A stretch of DNA of 63,994 nucleotides, filler included, from Aduncisulcus paluster (GCA_024181965.1; 15 parts of 15 records of this genome joined end to end with filler, not necessarily neighbours in it); one strand, 5' to 3'. Counted from the whole stretch's first letter, positions 12,527 through 24,902 are shown. A program made the numbers and translations. Notes: generated from the letters alone by a model not told the origin.

Positions 12527-13668
12527 ATGAATTGTGCCCATACTCAAAACCCTTTAACAACCAAAATATTGTCTCTTCTTGCCGTATTTCTTCAATATTC
12601 TCTCGCTATTGGGTGTTGTTTTCTTTTCTATTTATCCGAGATTGCAATCCCCATTTCAAATGATATTCTCCTTTGTTTTGTTCTAGATGTTATTGCTACG
12701 GGAATCATTTTCTTCTTTAGTGTTATTCATAATAATTCAAGTATTTACGATCCATATTGGTCTGTCCAACCATTAGTGATAGTTTTCCATTTAATTACAA
12801 AATATTCTGCCCACAATAGCGTAGATGCATACAGTTTTCGTCAATGGACAATCTTGATCGTTGTGTTTTATTGGGGGCTCCGTCTCACTATCAACTGGGC
12901 TCGTTGGTGGCCAGGCTTCTCTGTGCAAGATTGGAGATATGATGATTTAAAGAGCAAAACTGGTAAATTATATTGGATTGTGAGCTTTTTCGGTATCCAT
13001 ATGTTCCCAACAGTGCTTGTCTTCCTCGGGTGCCTTCCGCTTTGGCCAGCCATGTTAAGCCCAAGCTCTTTCTCAATATGGGATATTTTAGGAATTGTCA
13101 TTACCGTTGGTGCCACGACAATAGAATGGATTGCCGATGAGCAATTAAAACGTTTTCAGAAGCGTAAGAAGCTTGGTCTCAATAATGATCAAGATAAAAT
13201 TGGATTATCCTTTGCTAATGGCCGTGTTTTGAAGTTTATTACCACTGGTTTATGGGCTTATTCGAGACATCCAAACTACTCTCCTCTACATTCGAATCTT
13301 CAAGGTGTTGCTTTGAATATATCATTGNNNNNNNNNNNNNNNNNNNNAACTATTTTGGAGAGATTTCATTCTGGTTTGGAATATATTGCTTTGGTGTTGC
13401 AGGATTATCTGGAGATGGAAATGTTTCGAGTAATTATTTCAATGGTTTTGTGTTGTTTATGCTTTTAGGACCCATTGGTATGGTTTTATTATTCACTTTA
13501 TATTCAATTCCTGTAAATGAGAAGAGAAACGTTTCCAAAAGGGAATTTTATTCTGAGTATGTTGAGAAGGTCTCGATGCTAATCCCTTGGAAACCATTGA
13601 AGGGTGGATCTTCAGAAGTGATCATATCTGAACCTGATGGCTCAGCTGATTATGGAAGTGGCGTATAA
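12527..13668 (+). CDS. DUF1295 / steroid 5-alpha-reductase-like multi-pass membrane protein
   Basis: Motifs NSSIYDPYWS, WGLRL, DWRY, ADEQL, GLWAYSRHPNY then FGE after the gap. 13279-13347 is misplaced sequence plus N gap; removing it gives SRHPNYFGE. Confidence 0.88.
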
Positions 13669-14705
13669 GGTCTAATCTTTTAAATATTATTAATATTCAT
13701 TACAATACCCATTTATATATCATGCGATGTTCATATTTCCATTCTTTCTTAGTAAATTGTCAAATCGATTAGACTCGAGTCTGGAGAGAATTTGAACTAA
13801 CTCGTCAGATATCTGAAGAAATTATTATAATTCCATTTTGTAAATCCCAATTTGTAATGCAGTTCTTAATTGAATATATAATGTACTGTAAATGCTCCTG
13901 ACAGAGCCCTCAGAGATAAAACTAGGACAAATAAGGTTTTATGGCGGTCATTTGAATAAATGATTTTGAATAAACCCCGAATTTCTATATCATCAATGGA
14001 TAACATATTTCTTTGGGCCTAATATTCTCCGGACATGTGAGTCACAGTTTTTTCACTGATTAACAGATCATAATACGACTCGGATTCAGCAACATAAAAT
14101 GTATTATGCTTCATAAATCTCTGATATAGTTTATCTTCTCGAATGTAGGCCCACAATAAGCATCGAGGGAATCAGAGTCTCTGCCACTGGTTGTTTCTGG
14201 CAGAAACTGAGTTTTCAAATGAAGTAAGAATGAGGTTTCCAGTGAAATCTGATACGAAACTTTTATATAACATGCAAAATAGCAATTTAAAGTCGGAAAA
14301 AAACTCAATAAATTATCAACTTCAACGAAAAAATCAAATTCCATTAACTTTGGAAAAGACCAAAATAACAATCATTTTATGACATAATTAGAATTAAAAT
14401 GATAATTTAATAAAAAAACAAATAGTTTTAAATTTTCGATCGCTTCAATCCGGTTTTGGCATAATTTTGATTGTCAACATCCTAATTATACAAAATAACC
14501 TCAGAAGTTAAATGCAACTTGAATTTTAATAAAACGGACTCGTTTTTTCAATAGGGAAAATTTGATAATTTTTGTCAAAATTTCCAATCAGTCTGGATTG
14601 GTCTATTTTCTTTCCTGAATACACATTCCCTACAAATACCATTACATAATATCACCTTTTTAACTCATATCTTCCAAATAACTCCCATCTATTTCCTCTG
14701 ATTTA

Positions 14706-15875
14706 ATGTTTTCTCCTGTGTCAGCTAAAGAAGTTCGCTCCGAGTCCATTTTAAGAAGGCCTTTGGACGAATCCTCGGTTTTATGCTCCATTTCTCCTTC
14801 TCAAGAACATCTAACTGCATCTCCATTCTATTCTCCATCTCATGAATCTATGGATGAATATTTCGTCTCTCCAAGGCTTAACCAATCAAGGCAGGTCAAG
14901 CAAATACCACAAGAACAGAAGAAAAAGCCATCTAAAGGTAAACGAAGCAATGGAAAGTTCAGTGAAGCTCAAACTAAGATCCTTATGAATCATTTTACTC
15001 TTAATCCTCGTCCTGACGCCGGAACCATTGAATCTCTATCTATTCTTGTGTCTTTATCTGTTCAACAGGTGAAAATATGGTTTCAAAACAGGCGTGCTCG
15101 TACTAAAAAGAGGAAAATGAAAGGTAAATCCAAAGGTTTCTCTTCCTCTCGTTTAAGTTCTTCTTCAAACCTCCGAGGAACAAAATATCAATCTAAATCC
15201 TATAAAATGCGCTCTTCCTCATCATATCTCCTTGGAGATGTCCCCGAAGACGAAGAAGAAGCAGGATCAATGGTTGGAATTCACAATGTTAATTTTGATG
15301 GAGTTTGTCACTCTCGTGTTTCTTCGTCTGCTCCAATTGGTCATAATTACACCAAGGACAATATCTTCGATGCCCATCATGTCCAAAAGAAAAGGAAGGA
15401 ACAACTCCCTGGTCGTGTCTCCTCTTCCTCTTCCTCTTCCTCTTCTTTTCCTCCTTCCTATTCTTCTTCTTTTCCTCCTCTTCTTTCCATCAATGCACCC
15501 TCTCATCTCGGACTATCTTCACGATCCAGCATGCTCTCAGCCTTTGTATCCTCCACAACAACTTGTTCATCTTCAAGCTCTTCCATTTACTCTACAAGCG
15601 CTTGTTCTCAACATCAGGACATCTCTCCTTCCAGAGCTGCATCAGTCTGCTCCCTTGTTAGCTCTGAATCTTCAAATGACACTATCCTTGATGAAAACGA
15701 TTGTGGTTGTAATTCTTCTCCTTCTTCTCCTTCTCCTTCTTCTTCTTCCTTAGGTTCTGGTGCCTTTTCGTGTTTTTATTCTCTTAAGGAGCTTTGTGAA
15801 TGTGCAAAATCTGAATTTGATTGCATTATGAAGAAAGAGGAAGAGGAAGAGGAGGAATCAGAAGAAAAAGAATGA
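14706..15875 (+). CDS. Homeobox transcription factor (60-aa non-TALE homeodomain, Q50) with Ser-rich tail
   Basis: KFSEAQTKILMNHF...P.P...QVKIWFQNRRAR at about 14937-15116; F8-to-W48 spacing shows no three-residue loop extension. Confidence 0.92.
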   Translation: MFSPVSAKEVRSESILRRPLDESSVLCSISPSQEHLTASPFYSPSHESMDEYFVSPRLNQSRQVKQIPQEQKKKPSKGKRSNGKFSEAQTKILMNHFTLNPRPDAGTIESLSILVSLSVQQVKIWFQNRRARTKKRKMKGKSKGFSSSRLSSSSNLRGTKYQSKSYKMRSSSSYLLGDVPEDEEEAGSMVGIHNVNFDGVCHSRVSSSAPIGHNYTKDNIFDAHHVQKKRKEQLPGRVSSSSSSSSSFPPSYSSSFPPLLSINAPSHLGLSSRSSMLSAFVSSTTTCSSSSSSIYSTSACSQHQDISPSRAASVCSLVSSESSNDTILDENDCGCNSSPSSPSPSSSSLGSGAFSCFYSLKELCECAKSEFDCIMKKEEEEEEESEEKE

Positions 15876-16827
15876 CATCTGCTATTTATTTGATTGTTTG
15901 TTTGTTTCAAAGAAAAAGATTAAGGATCGACGAATTGAATATTGTTCGTCATTTGATTTTAGATTTAGATTATTATTTGGCAAGATTATTTGAATGAATA
16001 TCTTTATTTTTTTTTGTTTTTTTGCTTTGTTTTATTTTTGTTTTATTTTTGTTTCTATCTTTTCCGGCACAGAATACACATTTGTTTTGTTATATCCTAT
16101 TTTAGTACAATATGCTTGTTTTTTACTATTGATCTTTTTGATCATATTGATTATATTTTGTATCTATCTATTTTTTTATATATTTCGTTTCCCTAAGTAT
16201 ATGGTCTTTTTTGTTATTTTTCAATTTTTTTTGTTGTTTTATGAAAGTAACTTTTTATGGTTATCTTTTTTGAATTTGTTTGTATAAGAATTGTTTCTAT
16301 TCCATAAATTTGGTTTATTATTATTATTATTTGTATATTTTATCCCCTAAACGAGAGAAAAAAGAGGAAAAGGGGGAAAATTAATGAATTTATTTATATT
16401 TATATATGAAATACAAAAAAGAAGAAAGGAAGAAATATTTGATTTTTGGCAGTTCTCTCTTCTCTTTTTGCTCTCTCGTTATTCTCTACATATACTGTTT
16501 CTATTATTATTATTACTAATAATAGTATTATTATTATTTTTTTTTCTATCCCTGAAACTTTCAGGCTGAAAGAACTCAGTTTAAAATATTCTATTAAACA
16601 TGAAAAAAATAGTAAAACATAGTACCCTTGACGGTTCATGTATTCCGAAACGTCAGGTTGGGGAGACATCCACCAGGATCAAGTTCTCCATAATCACTTC
16701 CCAATAGAACTGTTAAAATAACGGTGTTATATCGAGGGAATCGCAACAATTGGACACTGTCTAATGGACAACATTCGTACCTCTCATTCAAGATCACCAG
16801 AATCTCGTGCACGAGATCACCAGTGGA

Positions 16828-17163
16828 TTATTTCCAAGGCAGTAAAGACAATCGTTCAATTCTCTCGCTTTCATCTGGCTTTGTAAATACAAGGGAGTTA
16901 ATCTTGATCCATCGACTATTCTTCGATTTCCATGTTCCTTTCCCCTCAATCTCACACAATATAATATTCGGCAAATCAATAGGAAGAAAGTGCCATTCAT
17001 AGTAATGTTTAGGTCTTGTAAATTCATACTTTATGGATGTCTTCTTACCATCACAATCAGTGAAAGTGAAGAGAAGATAGGGTGAACTGTGATCCTTATG
17101 AACACAGATATAAGCACCTTTCATAGGACTAGGTGATGGGAAAGGGATGGAAAGATGGGATAA
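16828..17163 (-). CDS. 3' fragment of a lineage-specific hypothetical protein (LSHLSIPFPSPSPMKGAYIC... domain)
   Basis: Frame is open from the contig edge at 17163 to TAA at 16828. I recall this motif from an expanded Aduncisulcus family; not verified. Confidence 0.7.
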   Translation of the reverse strand, partial: LSHLSIPFPSPSPMKGAYICVHKDHSSPYLLFTFTDCDGKKTSIKYEFTRPKHYYEWHFLPIDLPNIILCEIEGKGTWKSKNSRWIKINSLVFTKPDESERIERLSLLPWK

Positions 17164-17263
17164 NNNNNNNNNNNNNNNNNNNNNNNNNNNNNNNNNNNNN
17201 NNNNNNNTTAATTAATTAANNNNNNNNNNNNNNNNNNNNNNNNNNNNNNNNNNNNNNNNNNNN
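17164..17263. other. Artificial contig linker, first of 14
   Basis: 44N-TTAATTAATTAA-44N, with stops in all six frames. The others start at 18867, 20850, 23155, 24903, 26436, 28217, 31692, 42137, 43975, 46065, 48082, 59727 and 62538. Confidence 0.98.
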
Positions 17264-18866
17264 GAGCATGTGACAGTTCAACACATACTTGTGATTGCTC
17301 TGTCTCTGGTTTCCATGGTGATTCGTGTCAATATGTCACATTCGCTGATTCCCACATTCTCTCTGCTCTGTGTTCACTTGTTGATGGTCATGACTCCACA
17401 TGTGACGATCAGAGTGAGGGTGATCTGACAGAGAGTGATCTTGCAGGGATTACATTGTCTGATGATGAATGTCTTGATCTGTCCAGTCTTGATATCACTG
17501 ACTTATCTGGACTTGAATATCTCACGAACATCACATGCATCGATCTGAGTGGAAACACTTCCTTGAGTGATATCTCTGTTCTTGACCCCTTGAGTGAGTT
17601 TAACCATCTGACTGCTCTGAACATCTCCGATACAGCCGTGGATGACTTGACCCAGATCTCGTCTTTGTCTGGTGTTCTGACCTCTTTGAGCGTTGCAAAT
17701 ACAGATGTCCCGTTCTCTGATGTTGCATCTATTTTTGGATCATATCTCACGGAGCTTGATGTGAGTGGCATGGAGTTGGATGATTTGTTGTGGCTCTATG
17801 AAGTTGATACTGATGATTCTGGTTCTGGTTCTGGTTCTGCCTCTTTCATGATCATGTTCCCGATGTTAGAGTATCTGGATGTCAGTGATAACAACATCTC
17901 TGATCCATCTCCATTGTTCTTGCTCTCATCCACTCTCACCACACTTGATCTGCGTGTCAACAATGTCTGTGGCATGGATGATGAAGAGGAAGTGAATGCT
18001 TTCGTGTCTGTCTTCACATCACCATTATCGTCGTTGACAAGTGATGGGTATTCTATCTTCGCTGGTAATGATTGTCTTTGTACTGATGATTCCACATCAT
18101 CTTCCATCTCACTTTCATCCAATATCGTCTGCTCTGAGATCTGGCCTGGCAAGTATTCTGCAACATGCTGTTCATCGTGTTACACCGATGTGAGTTCATC
18201 CTCATTATCGTGTGTGCTCATCGATGATGAAACCTCTGCCTTGTATGCCATGTGCTCTGGTCTCTTGGATAGCAATCAAAAGTGCATTGGAATAGGATCT
18301 GATGGATCTGATGGATCTGATGCATCAATCGACAGCATCTCCATTGTGTGTTCTGATGGATGGTATGGCGATGATTGTCTTTCCGAATGTCCTGTTGATG
18401 AGTATGGGTATGAATGTGGGAATTATGATGGAACCGATACTTGTGACTCTGAAACACACACATGCACCTGCTCTTCATCTTCATCGTCACCTCTCATGAC
18501 TGGTGACCTGTGTGAGATTGAGAGTGGAGTGACACTACTGTCTTCCCTTGGGATGGATGTTGCCCTCGTTGAAGCTATCTGTGAGTCCATGTATGTTGAT
18601 GATGCAGATGTTCAATCGTTATGTTCTTCTTCTTCTGCTGAAAACATTCTCTCCTCGCTGACTGTGGACGATCTCTCCACCATCACATCTATCACCATCC
18701 CAACCACCGTGTCTTCCCTCTCAGGGCTTGAATATGCCGAACACCTCGAGATCCTTTCGTTTTCTCCAGGGAACACTTTCATCTCTGATCTATCACCCAT
18801 TGCATCCTTATCCTCGTTGTATGTGCTTGAGCTTGATTCGCTTGAAAACATGGATGTATCACTTCT
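17264..18866 (+). CDS. Internal fragment of an acidic surface protein alternating internalin-like LRR blocks with Cys-rich/EGF-like modules
   Basis: Open across the whole contig. EGF-like CDSSTHTCDCSVSGFHGDSC, cap TFADSHILSALC, LRRs such as ITDLSGLEYLTNITCIDLSGN, then CSDGWYGDDC and CDSETHTCTC, and a second LRR block. Confidence 0.88.
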
Positions 18867-18966
18867 NNNNNNNNNNNNNNNNNNNNNNNNNNNNNNNNNN
18901 NNNNNNNNNNTTAATTAATTAANNNNNNNNNNNNNNNNNNNNNNNNNNNNNNNNNNNNNNNNNNNN

Positions 18967-20849
18967 GGTTCACGCCAGCAACAGGAATCTCTTTCTCGGC
19001 AAGGAAAGATAGGAGAGCTTCCATTGCTCCAATGGTAGAGGCCTGGACAAAGACACCAAGACCGTCACGAATGGGACTTGTCTTGAGAGCACAGTCAACG
19101 TTAGCTTGGACTTGGTCACAGAGTTCCTCTTCATCATCATCTTCACCAATCACAACCAGAGGACCACCGGCAATGGCTTTATCTAAATCAGGACCAGCGA
19201 TCTTCACACCGATACTGGCATACACGGTCTTGTGATGAATGTAATCTCCACCAACACGGATCTCACGAAGGGGCTTGGGAGTCAAAAGAGCACGGATATG
19301 GGAGACAATTGGACCATCAAGACCAGCGACAACGATCCTATCGTTCTCATTGAGCTGACCGTTGGCAAGAACAACATCAACGGTCGTTCCAAGACCTTCG
19401 ATACGCTTCACTTCCAACACAGTACATTCGAGGTCGTCACGGACCTTCAGCTTCTCTTCCATCATTCTCTGACACAATTGAGTGAGAACAGCAAGGAGAT
19501 CAGGGATACCCTCACCACTAACGGCACTGGTGGGCACAAGACTCACGTACTTCTTTGGGTTTTTGTTGTCCCAGTATAAGAATGAGTTGTTAAAACCAAG
19601 CTCCTGGAGTTGGTCTTTGATTCCCTTGACACGGCGCTCGAATATGTTCTGCACCTGTTTCTTCTGCACCTTAACTTGATCAATGGAAGGAGCATCCTTC
19701 TTGGAGATCCACTCGGTGATACGATCGATCTTGTTGAGGGCAATAATGAATGGTGTACGATGTTTAAGAAGCAATTGGATACTCTCACGCGTCTGTTGCT
19801 CGATTCCATGCATGATATCGATCACAAGAACAGCAATATCACACATACTGCTGCCTCGACTACGAAGGTTACTGAAGGAAGCGTGTCCAGGAGTATCAAT
19901 AATCAAAAGACCTGGGATATCAACCTTGAGGGCAACGGGCATATCCTTGGTCTTTTCTTTGAGAGTACGCATGGGAAGGAAAGAGGCACCGATCTGTTGG
20001 GTAATACCACCAGCCTCTCCATCTTGAACCTTGGTCTTACGGATGTAATCGAGAAGCAGGGTCTTTCCAACATCAACGTGTCCAAGAATAGCACAAATGG
20101 GAGACCTTAGATCTTCCCTGGGTGCTTCGGCAGCATATTCAGCATCCATATCAGCACCCTTCTTGGATTCGCCAGTTCCTCCAAGACGGGCATCTCCGGA
20201 TTCATAACCTCCAGCACGAAGTTTGGCGATTCTGTGCTTCTCTTCCTTCATCTTTTCAGCAGCAAGAGCAGCTGCAGCCTCCTCTTTTGCCATTTCTTCT
20301 CCCAAGTCCTCAAAATCGAGCTCATCATCATTTCCATCAATGCCATCGAGAGCATCCTCGTCCAAACCATCTAGCATATCAGCTCCATCGAGGTCCTCAT
20401 CACCAATATCCATGCCGTCAAAGAGACTCTCCATCTCAGCATTGGCTCTGGCCTCAGCTTCTTTTTGAGCCTGCTCTTCCTCGCGACGCTTCTTCTCTTC
20501 ACGTCTTTGCTTCTCTTCAGCTTTCATCTTTTTCAACAGCTTTTCTTGTTCTTTCTGTTGCTGTTCCTTCGATTTTTGTTCTGAAACCATCTTGGTTCTT
20601 GTAATATCGTCCAATTGCTCTTTAGTCATCTTTCCCTTCTTAACAAGACTCTCGAGATACAACCTTTGACGTGCACTAACCTTGTGATGGACTTGGTTCT
20701 TCTTATCGTATTCAGACTGGCGCTTACGAGCCTCCTTAATCTTACGCTTTCTTTCTTCCTCACGTTTACGCTCTTCTTCTTCTTTTAGCTTACGCAATCT
20801 TTCAGCTTCACGCTCAAGTTCACGTTGCTTCCTCTCCTCTTCCTTCCTT
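18967..20849 (-). CDS. eIF5B: Eukaryotic translation initiation factor 5B, partial at both ends
   Basis: LRSPICAILGHVDVGKT, GEAGGITQQIGA, DTPGHASFSNLRSRG, NKID, SAVSGEG; charged N-terminal region. Confidence 0.96.
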
Positions 20850-20949
20850 NNNNNNNNNNNNNNNNNNNNNNNNNNNNNNNNNNNNNNNNNNNNTTAATTA
20901 ATTAANNNNNNNNNNNNNNNNNNNNNNNNNNNNNNNNNNNNNNNNNNNN

Positions 20950-23154
20950 AAGATGAAAATGGTGATTCTACCTGGGTAGAGGAAGAAGAAGGAGTTAGCC
21001 AGGAATTGGAGATAAAACTTGGGGAACATGATACTCCTTTACTCATAACAATACATTATAGTTCCGGAGCTGTCGAAAATTTGCCCTCTGGACCTTCATT
21101 ATGTTTTAAACACATTCATCGTCGTGCAGTGGCACTTAATTTTGATGACAACACATTTTTACTTAAATTTAAACATTCAAAGGATATATTGGATATTTTG
21201 CCATATTTTAAATCTTTTTCTCAACCCTTATTCTCTCTACCTGATCCAATACCCGATAGCAGTATTGAGTATTTTTCTCCTAAATCTATGCCTTCCCCTG
21301 TTCTTATTCAACCTGAAATAGAGAGATCCCTCAATATTGAAAGTTCTTCAAAAGTGGATGATCATAAATTGACAACTATTTCATCTCAAGATGATTCCAT
21401 CGAAGCAACTGCTCCTTCGAGTCAAAAAAAGTCCCGCGGTCATCGAAGTATTGATGATCAAGAAGATCAAATTAACATTTCTTCAAACGTTCATGATTCA
21501 TTGTCAGATTCTGTTCCGTCTGATAATTGGAAGGAACTATCGTGGTTAGAAATCAAATCAATAAGTCCCAGAAAACAACCCATAACAGAATCATCAAAAA
21601 CTCAAAATCCAAAAATAGATCATTCAATTGAGAAAGAAACTCATTCGATTGAGAAAGAAACTCATTCAATTGAGAAAGAAACTCATTCCAGCCACGATAT
21701 TCTCAGGGCAAGGAATGGATCTCACCCTTCAAGTGATGTTGATGAAGAGATGAAGCAACGTCAAGAAGTCATGTCAATAATACATGCCCATATGGATCTT
21801 GCTGAAAAGGAGAAATTCTCAACAAAGACAAATCCAATTCTAAAATTAGAGCGGGCTGTTGAATCTAAAACAGTTGAGCAAGAAAAAGAGAAGGAAGGGG
21901 AGAAAAAAGTTGAAGAAATCGACGAGGAATCGACTTCTCATTCGATTGATACGAAACAAGACAAAATCCATAATCTTACTCACCCAAAAGTTCAGAGTTC
22001 ACATGCCTCACCTGAAGATTATTCTCTTTTATACCAAGATATTGTTGATTATAGAAGGAAATTGTCGGATATGCAAATATATTTGGATGGTTTTACTCGG
22101 AGCACCCTGCAATTTCTTTCAATCAACAGAAATGGAGTGAGTAAGGTGAGGAAAAAATATCTTCAACTTCGAAAAGCATATAAAATAGATAAATTTAAAT
22201 ATTACAAGGCTTTATTCAAGGCCAGAGCTGCAGTACAACCGGATGACTCGAATCTAGTCCAATGGCAAGAATGGCAGCAAGATATTAAACGGTTGAAGAG
22301 AGTTGCGCCTTTAGATCAAAATAATGTTCTAAAATTAGAACCTTCCCAATATCAAGAAATTGGAATTCGTTCTCGGTCTTATAAAACTTCTCAAGCTAAA
22401 ACACCAATATCCATCTCAAGTCCTCATTATTCTCCTATGGCGTCAACATTTCCAATGCTTTTTCATTCTCCGGCCGGGAAGTTTGTTCATTCACTTTCAA
22501 GAATCTCCCCTTCTACCTCTACTTTTTCTTCGTCTCCATCATCTTCAACACAGCCTTTTTTTTCATCTTTTTCTATATATTCTCATCTCCTTTCATCAAG
22601 GCGCAAATGTCTCCATCGTCTCTCTTTATCCCTTGCCCCAACCACTCTGTGGAACGGGTTTCTTTTTCCTCTTCCGATTGTTTCTCCTCTCTCTCTCTTC
22701 CCAAGTTCGCAGCCATCACATCATTTGTCGCTGGATTCTTTTGTTTCTTCGTCTTCTCCACACCAACATATCATTGATAAAAAGACCACACCATCAACGA
22801 TATCCCCAAGTGTTCAATTGCTGTTTGATGGAGTTGTAAGCTTATGCAGTGGAAACAAAATATCTGGGGCTTCAACCATGCTGAACCATGGCTGGCAACA
22901 TGAACGTTTGTCTTCATCGATGAAGGAAATGCCTGGAATGGAACAAGGAGAGGATGATAGTAGTAGAGATTCTCATTCTAAAAATAGCACAATGATGTCT
23001 GATCATCAAAAAGAAAAGCAGAGCCGATCGACTCCTGGAAAAAGCAATCTCCATGGCCCTCTTTTCTCTCATGTGGTTCAAACCATGCGAAAGGATCAAA
23101 TTGAAGTGAAGAAAGAAAGAAAAAGAAGGGAGCTTGTTAAAAAAGAAGAGAGAC
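20950..23154 (+). CDS. Hypothetical protein, low-complexity with a coiled-coil segment, partial at both ends
   Basis: Frame open across the entire contig; no domain recognised. Confidence 0.7.
21621..21688 (+). repeat. In-frame 21-bp tandem repeat, about 3.2 copies (HSIEKET)
   Basis: CATTCAATTGAGAAAGAAACT units, the second with one substitution. Confidence 0.9.
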
Positions 23155-23254
23155 NNNNNNNNNNNNNNNNNNNNNNNNNNNNNNNNNNNNNNNNNNNNTT
23201 AATTAATTAANNNNNNNNNNNNNNNNNNNNNNNNNNNNNNNNNNNNNNNNNNNN

Positions 23255-24345
23255 CTGCTGATGAGGCCTCAAATAGTATCGATGATGTCCAATATGTTGA
23301 AAAAGAAAGACAAGCAAAAGAAAAAGAAGAAGAAGGAAAAGAAGAAGGAAAAGGAAAAGAAGAAGGAAGAGTTGGTGATGATTATATTCCTGGTTATGAA
23401 TATGGAGACAATCAAGATATGATAGCCCCTCTCTTCTCTCACCAAATAATTCCCACTCCACTAAACCCATTAAACAACGATAATGGCTTGTTAACAACGA
23501 AACGACAATATTTGTCAAGGGATTTTACTGAAAAGAAAATGAAAATGGAGGAAACGAGCGAAGGAAAATCTATAGGAAAATCCAGTAAGAAAATAGGACC
23601 ATATCAAACAAAGAAACTCCCCAAAAAAGATTTAACAATGCAGCAAAAGAAAAAAACGAGGAAAAATATCACATCAAAAACCTCATCTAAAAAAATTATT
23701 TCCAAGAAGAAGAAAGGATCATCTGTTTCTCAAACCAAATCACACTCCGACATTCTTTCATCTTCGACTTCGATATCCACAGAAAAAGGAGATATCGATC
23801 AAGCCATTGACAAGTGTGCTGATGACTCTGAAGTCATCGAGGACGAATATGCCGATTTACTTGCCACCCTTGACAGAATGAATTCTTTTCACCGGTCTTT
23901 GGATAAACAACCACATGGAGGCATTCCATCAGTCCATCCCCCACCTTCTTCTTCTTTCCTCAACCTGTTGATGACTTCGGGTCAATCGGAAGAAGCTCTG
24001 AGCTCCGATGGAGTCTCTACAGCTACAAAACAACACAACAAAAACCAATCATCGGGATTATCATATAAAAATACATTTATTTCATCATCACAAGCACAGG
24101 AGGTTCCAACATCGATTGATTATTACTCTGACTCAAAAGATACTATTCATACTCTTTGGGATAGACTTCTGCAAAGTCCTTCTCTTCATCATGCTTCCAA
24201 AATGAAGAAAAAGGGAACAAAAGAGAGAAATGAAGAACAAATATCTGATCCATCTTTTCTGTCGGGAAGAGAAGAAATTCGTCAACGAGTGATGAAAATA
24301 CTGGGTGAAGCTGAAGAGAGAAAAACCAAAGAGGGGACAAAATAA
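23255..24345 (+). CDS. 3' part of a charged low-complexity hypothetical protein
   Basis: The frame of ORF 23419 extends without a stop to the contig start (ADEASNSIDDVQY...). Confidence 0.65.
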
Positions 24346-24523
24346 CCGAATTTAGAAGAAATAAAAGAATTTCTTGATTCTAGAATAGATCTCTAGTGCA
24401 ATTTGAATTGTAAAATCATCATTGGTCTTATAACGTTCTATCATCAAATAAAAGCCATTGTCAAGTGTCTCTGTTGCGAGGTTCATGAGTTTGAAGAGGG
24501 GAATAATCAGACATGCATTCACA

Positions 24524-24902
24524 TCACAAGAACCACTTATGGGTGAGCACTTGCCTTGCTGTGGGTCTATCACGTGGATGCTCACTCACACATGCGGCAC
24601 AGATGGAATGCACTTCTGCAGGCATGCACACACCGTCAAGTGCACCGAACACATCCTGAACAAGCACACCGAACGAGAACATGTCACTCGCGGGAGAAGG
24701 GTGAACTTTCTTCCCATCAAACGCTGGCCTCAACTCGGGAGCCATGAATGCTTGAGTCCCGACTTTCATCGTCTGGCTAATCAATCGCAGCGTACGCTCT
24801 CCACAATCAACAGCTCCCTCGAAGTCGCACAGAAGACCATTGCACGCATCATCGATCAGCACATTCTGAGGCTTCAGGTCACAGTGCACAATCCCATGCT
24901 CA
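24524..24902 (-). CDS. C-lobe of a protein kinase with HCD and DFE variants, 5'-partial
   Basis: HGIVHCDLKPQNVL, LCDFEG, GTQAFMAPE, SDMFSFG, RPTARQVLTHKWF. Confidence 0.9.

Noticed and set aside
13279..13327. 49 bp inside the DUF1295 gene identical to 8052-8100, suggesting gene conversion or an insertion
   Set aside because: It abuts an N gap, starts exactly where the 464-bp duplication ends, and interrupts the conserved HPNYFGE motif; best explained as a gap-filling error.
15990..16669. Hydrophobic short ORFs as membrane peptides (also 27605-28184 and 38729-39353)
   Set aside because: Translations of T-rich intergenic DNA with no motif support.
20950..24345. Joining the two consecutive plus-strand partial ORFs into one gene
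   Set aside because: Compatible in strand and composition, but separated by an artificial linker with no overlap evidence.
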